From NCBI GenBank assembly GCA_950097015.1, contig CATNEN010000002.1, forward strand, positions 1,922,001-1,986,000: DNA of 64,000 bases, given 5' to 3'. The notes beneath the pieces were generated by a model that saw only the letters and a list, made by a program, of their open reading frames with translations, did not search any database and had not been told where the DNA came from. The position numbers were made by a program, and so were the translations under genes. Positions 60,501 through 64,000 of the stretch are shown here, in pieces. The DNA is from Macrostomum hystrix. Lineage: Eukaryota; Animalia; Platyhelminthes. Positions within the stretch are counted from its first letter, which is position 1; every line of letters begins with the position of its first letter.

Positions 60501-63500
60501 TGCGCTTAAACGCCTCTCCTCCGACAGAAACTTGATAGAATCCCTTCTCTTTCTTCAGGCTCACCATCGACCTCAGCTCGCCAATCTGAAGACCAGACAC
60601 TCTGATACTGATCTCGTTGATTAACTGGGACCGAATGACAACAGCATGCAGGGTCAAGCTGTCCTGGTTGACAAACGACACGAGGCCATTGATACCGCCC
60701 AGGTGTACCTGAAGAGTGTTACGCCAGTTCGTCACACAACTCATACTGACTTTTCTGCCACGATGTGAAATGTCGACTGTAATGCGCGTCTCCTGGCTGT
60801 CGAGGCCGGTAATGCGCGCGGCTGCAACAACTTCATCAAGTCGAATATTGTACTCGGGGACCTCGGCTGACACTCTCACTTGGAACTTTCCCTCGTGTTG
60901 CATTGACATCTCATAGCTGACGTGTGAGTCCCTGTGTTGAACCTTTAGAAGAACAGAAAGATGATTCAGTCCAGTTGCCAACGACCCGATGCGTCTGTAG
61001 CCCCATTCAACGCTCGACTGCTCCAGGACGGTGCCAAATAGGCTGTCGATTTTAAGGAAACCGGAGTGAGGCAATCGGATGCTCCACGCGTTGCTTGAGA
61101 ACATGTACGTTAGCCTGGTCGAAATTTCAACTAGCTTCTGATTGTCAACCTGGAAGATAATACCGTATGCCTTGTTTACATCGTGGCCCTCTCGCATTAG
61201 TTCCAATTCGACCAGCTTGCCGGGGTAGTGGACGCGCAGCTTCAGTCCCTTCTCAGTTGGCTCTTTGCTCAGTTTCAACTCATTCGCGTAGTCGTTGTAG
61301 GTAACACCGAATTTCGCGGTCCTCTTGGCATTTATATCACCAGACACAGAAGCATAGACTTCCGCCAGTCTCAGATCAGCAACCGGAGTCTCTAGTCTCA
61401 CTTTGAATCTCTTGTCTTGCAGCAGGTCCCAGTTGGTAATGATGGAGAAGCGTTTTGTGCCGTAGTGGGTTGTTAGCTCAAAGTTGTAGCTCCTGAGACT
61501 TCCCGCTGCCTGGAATGCGAGTTCAACGTCAGGCAGGCCTGGCAGCTTCAGAGCGAATCGTGTGTGCACACCGTCGGTTAGATCGAGCACAGCCTGAGCC
61601 TTGAGCACTTGGTTGGGGACCATCAGCTTCACGGTCAAGTCAAACGGCATCGAAATTTGCGCAACAATCTCCACTCCAAGTTGCTCGTAGCCAGCAAACG
61701 GAGTCGTCACTTTGAGAACAACAGTCCTGTCCTTGCTCCAACTGTAGACTGCCTCAGCTGAATACTTATCTTGCTGGTTCCAGACGGCCTCAAGTCGCTC
61801 GTCGATACTGCGTTCGAGTAAATCCGACTTTGATTGCCACTTGACACTGAGCTCGCGGTTGCTGCCGAAGTTGATTTGCAGTACTCTGTTGAATGCGTCA
61901 TACACGCTGTCGAACTTAAAGACGAACTCTCCAGAGCTCAGACTTCGCAAGCCGAACTCGCAGATCATATTCTCGTGCTTCTGAGCATGATCGTAAGACA
62001 CTTCAAACTTGGGAACAATATCGATGCTGGTTTCAATTCTAAATTTGGCGGAAATCGGTGCCACTAGCAGTCCATTGGCAGCATGCCACATGCCCTTGAC
62101 GTTGAAGTGACCAAAATGTGGCGACTGGATCGTGATGGAAGCATCCATCAGAGGAAGACTTTTGAAAGTGATGGCAAGTTCGGTGGTTTCGATGGACTTC
62201 ACCGGAGCAACAAGCTTGACCACCAGTCGCTTTTCCTTCACATTCGCAACATCCAAGTCGCACATGACGCCCCATGCCTGTGAGAAGATGTCGCCCAGCT
62301 TGGCATTCGCAGCCACATCCAGGAGCAGTCGCCGCGGTAGAATTTTCCAGGTTGCACTGGTGCCCACTGTTGCAGTTTTCGATTGAACCTCCGTGCTAGC
62401 CATCGCGCTGAAGTGTCCCGGCTTCAATCCAACACGACCTGAAGTCTTGATGATTGGCGAGGAAACCGACACGAAGAAGTCAATGGAGATCGCGCCTGTG
62501 TTGTCCCACTTTGGCATCCAGCCAGTGATTGTCAGCTCGTTTCGGATGGACAGCACCGTGATGTGACCCGTCAGGTCATTCTCGTTCACTCTAAAAGTCA
62601 GATCTTGTACTCCGAAAAGCTTAGTGTCCAGCTTGACCATCAATTGTCGAGTAGTATCCTTCGCCTCGAAATCGTATGTAATAGATGTCTTATCCCAAGA
62701 TTCCAGTGGTGTCTTGACAGTCGCAGTTGCGAAGACTCTGCCGCCTCCAACTTGGACTTCCTCCGACAGTGTATACTCGCCAAGCCGGTTGCATAGAATG
62801 CTGTGACTTCCAGATGCTGAGATTTGCGAGTTTTCTACCTTGCTAGAAAAGGTTGACTGCAGACTCAATCGTTCATTAATCTTCTCGATGTACATCGACA
62901 GGTAGAAAAGCGACTTAATCTCTGCACTGCCCACCTCCTCACCCGTCTTGGCAATTCTGATCGAGTTCTCGCCTACCAGTGGAGATTTCAGTCTCAGCTC
63001 TAGGTTCATGCCTTCTTCAGCCCTTTTCCATTCGAAGTTGAACACTGATGTTTCAACGACGCTCCAAGGAGCCTGGGCCGTGAACCCTACAGAGACTGAT
63101 TGCTGGCTGACCTCTGCTCTGCCGTTGAATAGCATCGCTCCGAAAACTCCGTTGTTGAACGATACTTTAAGCTGGTGCTGCTTGAACTCAAATGCGAACT
63201 TCGTTTTGTCCACTTCATAGATTTCGCTGTCGATTTCCAAATCTCCCGCAAGCTGCCCCGCTGAACTTTCAATTTTGCCTCGCATCTCATGAGTACCAAG
63301 GTAGTCTTGTTCGAGCTTGAACGAGAACGAGCTCTGAGATTCAACCATTGAGCTCATCATGATTGCCAGTTTGCTGTCTTTGGCATTCTCAAAGGCCGTT
63401 TTTAGATGGAGCTTTACCTGAATTGTCTGTCCATGTGAATAGGCTTGGTCAATTTGCAGGGTGATTGGTGCCGAATTCGCAGACTTAATTTCAACCCACT

Positions 63501-63999
63501 CAACGGCAGCAAACTGGAACTTCGTATTCTCCAGCCTGGTCGCGCTGTACTTGATGGAGTGCTTTCCCAAATATGCGCTATCAAATGTTGCTTTCATGTC
63601 CCTTTGGCTATCTTTGTAGTTGGTTTCAATTGCGATCTTGTTCTCTCCAGTGTAGTCGTTGATCAGTTTGAGCTCGGAAAGAGTGGAGTGGAGTGGAGTG
63701 GAGTGAGACAGATCTTGTGAATAAGAGCCAGATAGGTGCGTGAAGTGCAAGCCCTGCCAGATAGTACGCAGAGTGACCGCTCCCAGTGAGGTTTTGCCTG
63801 TCTTGCTTTTCTTCGCCTGGATGCTGAACAAAGTCCCGTAACTCCTAATCAGTGTTAATTCGGCGTCAAACTGACTTGTGTGACTCTGAGAGAAGCCAAT
63901 AACGATAGAATGCACTGGCGCCTCCGTATTCGTTCTTTGTTTGTAATTGGCTGAGAGTAGAGCGCTTTCGCCGTACCTGTGCTGTGTTTGAATATGCAC
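51586..63999 (-). CDS. Large lipid transfer protein (apolipophorin/vitellogenin/ApoB-like): C-terminal >4137 aa, 5' part outside the window
   Basis: A long amphipathic beta-strand region and a helical region are followed by VWD (GVASVIGDHIVTFDGRHYDF..ECAYLLARDF...WYHGRLGGLLGNFDNEP), C8 (CLSLF..SPFRRCYAIVDPAPFRDICAQ) and a VWA-like tail (ADIVLVLEE...VRFGLLGFG). The ORF is open to the window edge. Confidence 0.88.
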   Translation of the reverse strand: MHIQTQHRYGESALLSANYKQRTNTEAPVHSIVIGFSQSHTSQFDAELTLIRSYGTLFSIQAKKSKTGKTSLGAVTLRTIWQGLHFTHLSGSYSQDLSHSTPLHSTLSELKLINDYTGENKIAIETNYKDSQRDMKATFDSAYLGKHSIKYSATRLENTKFQFAAVEWVEIKSANSAPITLQIDQAYSHGQTIQVKLHLKTAFENAKDSKLAIMMSSMVESQSSFSFKLEQDYLGTHEMRGKIESSAGQLAGDLEIDSEIYEVDKTKFAFEFKQHQLKVSFNNGVFGAMLFNGRAEVSQQSVSVGFTAQAPWSVVETSVFNFEWKRAEEGMNLELRLKSPLVGENSIRIAKTGEEVGSAEIKSLFYLSMYIEKINERLSLQSTFSSKVENSQISASGSHSILCNRLGEYTLSEEVQVGGGRVFATATVKTPLESWDKTSITYDFEAKDTTRQLMVKLDTKLFGVQDLTFRVNENDLTGHITVLSIRNELTITGWMPKWDNTGAISIDFFVSVSSPIIKTSGRVGLKPGHFSAMASTEVQSKTATVGTSATWKILPRRLLLDVAANAKLGDIFSQAWGVMCDLDVANVKEKRLVVKLVAPVKSIETTELAITFKSLPLMDASITIQSPHFGHFNVKGMWHAANGLLVAPISAKFRIETSIDIVPKFEVSYDHAQKHENMICEFGLRSLSSGEFVFKFDSVYDAFNRVLQINFGSNRELSVKWQSKSDLLERSIDERLEAVWNQQDKYSAEAVYSWSKDRTVVLKVTTPFAGYEQLGVEIVAQISMPFDLTVKLMVPNQVLKAQAVLDLTDGVHTRFALKLPGLPDVELAFQAAGSLRSYNFELTTHYGTKRFSIITNWDLLQDKRFKVRLETPVADLRLAEVYASVSGDINAKRTAKFGVTYNDYANELKLSKEPTEKGLKLRVHYPGKLVELELMREGHDVNKAYGIIFQVDNQKLVEISTRLTYMFSSNAWSIRLPHSGFLKIDSLFGTVLEQSSVEWGYRRIGSLATGLNHLSVLLKVQHRDSHVSYEMSMQHEGKFQVRVSAEVPEYNIRLDEVVAAARITGLDSQETRITVDISHRGRKVSMSCVTNWRNTLQVHLGGINGLVSFVNQDSLTLHAVVIRSQLINEISIRVSGLQIGELRSMVSLKKEKGFYQVSVGGEAFKRTMEGHLLAKSRQGWLSSSKEHNLEARINLFCPVRGSYVSTWSAKFKPGVFETDLTVAASETKLLSSKVNVNYHSELNTNVEWNGFGVNGQVVATLRAKQWDLSVKSGGVEIVRVISSFDKSGYRTVAYNQRLSVLYMGQVALSFEYKQDVVSWIDQFSVTAKLEVARKTYLKIMKVERKAMSLDVDVEWDELNPIKVRVNCGPLPHRPKLEVTFGPHNILAQMNLQPEEGSMTAELRTANPWLPVTMKINHVHRQGYQKVLHEYEFGERKYILDSSAILQSTKFTSKLHYSSPRQSLKIDLQTSFGTWQRTLTHSIQHNGVTYIQLDGNMQRTASPIQGYLNMYAAAFELSTGEHRYKRYLPHVKVSLRHHFNEAGWKQSTWSNEASVDEWKIAHTGKVDWSSKEANSRLVGLGHENSITVEKGSFHLQHTAYAVNIVKLSVKHNQTSTELKFNNDLTSFHTNVQLTHNLGLRTGGIAFEQTGSIETPKISANWNLNMPSLRGELKLGDARLWLEHEHRSNKDFSCHYSYTRDSEKHELKGKFAAVPSTRHGYHTEIEGTAEISSTWLDSPLSASFQHHHNNWLEHSCAGKIHAGNWKLLHKSVVGMPSQHLAAETYVHNGVDVVFEAKLSSKVGHFVAESKLQNTVPFKVELLYSSKKCSLNIFSDRWTPGLKSTTTVEHNIESWRQGKVSVSSIGSLSIRASTEWHLAADSKRIQAYYHHEKPLIEIDLATNKAEENTHYSHRLRYDSNRLAASGVYDARSILRFTEANIHVEKSTGSQNSFTWAHRLGSTGFVKTTHSSLSSPISERRTSWDFSSASKSSLEIHHPRLRLSFAQTNPTSGKFSAEFSLPTGAHTLTGSLEANPSWLVGQVRLNNTGQVLAGSWNVEDQKKTLDLDVNSFKLSLQHLHRGRNSFDFSHRMSCVECPLSAVLPERIVVSGALNASSTLQQGKISTSLTVNNDGPLPLEVSWNFEKEQSLAEFSMPNFRARFANRHVSWSNFSFNHTVTLLGKSSTAQGAVKVEPSADFSKRLVAHFEALGQQIDVNHEFDGPHRHRWNYKMQIASFQFESTGHRYSGESLLTEIAYGLDNLPKKLQHKLSWTPGQFEYWMDKESIRKNHVKFSCADAEKSALILISSSDFGPVKVQAKMQKTCTMCFSVVANVSVDASSLGALSAQLLVPEGDEPIQANGLVETPFGKVEIRNKIIGKKLGSFKYVASVSTGSDRLRLDVESEILSTRSVKFSAALQNFNLLPLINNPASFSFSHSIDAANKIEQSIQLRYGNGIPFAYSLSSELLPMHGSLLAILPAKCNRKSSLSINWLSGSFVEVKMDGPFSLSIASSNSALPTIVAKLQPKMNAQGIAWDAEFRLGERAIEGSLTIDPSVLELRIRTPFAVLRKLGGKIALKWEQPMKLATQAGIDYNDYTYSVSLSADIESLDDYPRGMLRFKIESPHKVVRTAEFSIEHRKSSQVWSAQLAAGINGKELKIDGSITDDAMRLRIALPIDGYQKIGFKALRDEEESQARLHLMLQMPHGNFGKVTTVGTYSEPSDFTSRVVVETSSLRYRHAELNLQNQLRERILEHTSSMKINGEQWHSIQIKAGAESGEIKIERTQPIRIKYQLKTEVRTLSSDLKVTIGDWVPFHLQTQLQSSASMVNATSFLSLRTPHRTVQIKRKIYGTSRGFAYELSFTPNHGVVRPLTLVTVINNKGDARKIDLETKVHLYIPSRRIETSFRYQQQTGEGRFSASVNWDAGRAELNKVLAVAAQAQFTPGRRVACSLELMFANQKPYRIEFSSVRGESQILHSSEISLDITNNSRDKILMKFETMRTTTESVRVQASMSQASSNVDFKIDGEVKSTLYWRIGNFSIHYIDSASRPTMVQSIVEFSSSAIKFDLILPTKRCSVELKKSVEAGDTVYSLKTHGQKLELRLLSSPDYQLIYEPREKDRLWMGLGYADNWHLRADIHRVTNSVKMQQLLAEAQLKSRHMMKVKLHWNPTSGLLRYAALRESVPMLLQDASSLMASMKSSCVHEILSKVSTDLVLPDLANAAQIVAQELEPLGRDISYMNAQFRDMYARNEFYSRDIYQAVSEVASALASYTVAVIERGIEVYSAYVHPHVVYTSNRITSQASRCYDHATQAYHVYRRHRDHLYRTVNGHVLRYINGAVDSIRPALDAAHGGYQSLVQSNPFRGSMTTLGDLRVRVARSVSEVDYNTFNLLHDDIREQVLTAHRSIEARIRRVTDSAAEAIASTKTNVRHHVNRLVGDGLVSSVVSGAYAQSKWFLDHFNIEKNLKDFAKDNYLQGVEYVRQNTIGLATDYLGLSKNTIIENNFSQGKFEAHLYSPMKWTDLKTRPTSGLDEVHGRLASSYRSARDAFNTVRRKLTAVRDVVYDSIPDFDMPSGSWIPKFKGVASVIGDHIVTFDGRHYDFLGSGECAYLLARDFRSRSWAISMTYASSGKSLDIFAYGKRIRVTPRLHVLIDGVQQELPLNIGDLSIVRTGSGLRAKDLGHLFTVAIDPEADTHTVSVSGWYHGRLGGLLGNFDNEPFNDLVGSTSLRVNSVQDFTGSWRLGACRHVNMASHSDVPDQPHEDCLSLFDAPRTSPFRRCYAIVDPAPFRDICAQERRSGGTQQQVCRAAVAYIRHCDAKGLRGLRAPSKCLSCSARSPQQSGETYRQLGLGQSYRLPAPNVASADIVLVLEERGCIGMETLRRLPRMINQLKRSLGDSGVSDVRFGLLGFGNPSHHRGKAVATERSRPHWHTLAGEIMGSDQQLLRVLAGLETHNTADTSVDGARGADALEAVRMAARLGELRPGASRHVILVACDECHEGRRTLQSVRQSLQESDVRLHVLTETTMPTYFYGRRSLAFGIDASLAFSPESPEGSAELHGYTKRPVGKCARLAAETGGSVFDLRYLRRRQYASRIDLFSRVFADRLASEAAGSTATGATGGYLECRCAASGCGTKGRLTCRQI

Positions 64000-64000
64000 T

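Noticed and set aside
51556-63720. Many short antisense or alternative-frame ORFs over the LLTP, SIDT, neurensin and mariner CDSs
   Set aside because: These are expected shadows of GC-rich coding sequence.

Overview
Eukaryotic (animal) genomic DNA. The GC-rich short exons set in minisatellite-filled introns resemble the flatworm Macrostomum; this is an inference, not a database result. From left to right the window holds: (-) the first exon of an AlaDh/PNT-N (saccharopine-dehydrogenase-type) oxidoreductase that looks Bacteroidetes-like and runs off the left edge; about 9 kb of AT-rich DNA with transposon relics; five co-oriented (+) housekeeping genes, namely ANAPC16, MLST8 (4 exons, 331 aa), a SID-1/SIDT dsRNA-transporter homolog (2 exons, 888 aa), TXNDC9 and CLPTM1L (8 exons, 546 aa); (-) a neurensin; and (-) the last >12.4 kb of an apolipophorin/vitellogenin-family gene running off the right edge. 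Exon models were built by hand from GT/AG sites and join in frame. An intact D,D34D mariner sits in CLPTM1L intron 5. Most introns and intergenic gaps carry their own private minisatellite, and these explain most of the ORF track. Main leads: a possible bacterial gene transfer that has acquired an intron, a possible trans-spliced operon, splice-site-like motifs inside intronic repeat units, TIR-like ends bracketing ANAPC16, and recurring CGATA-nn-TATCG clusters. Gene-family assignments come from recalled sequence motifs; no searches were run.
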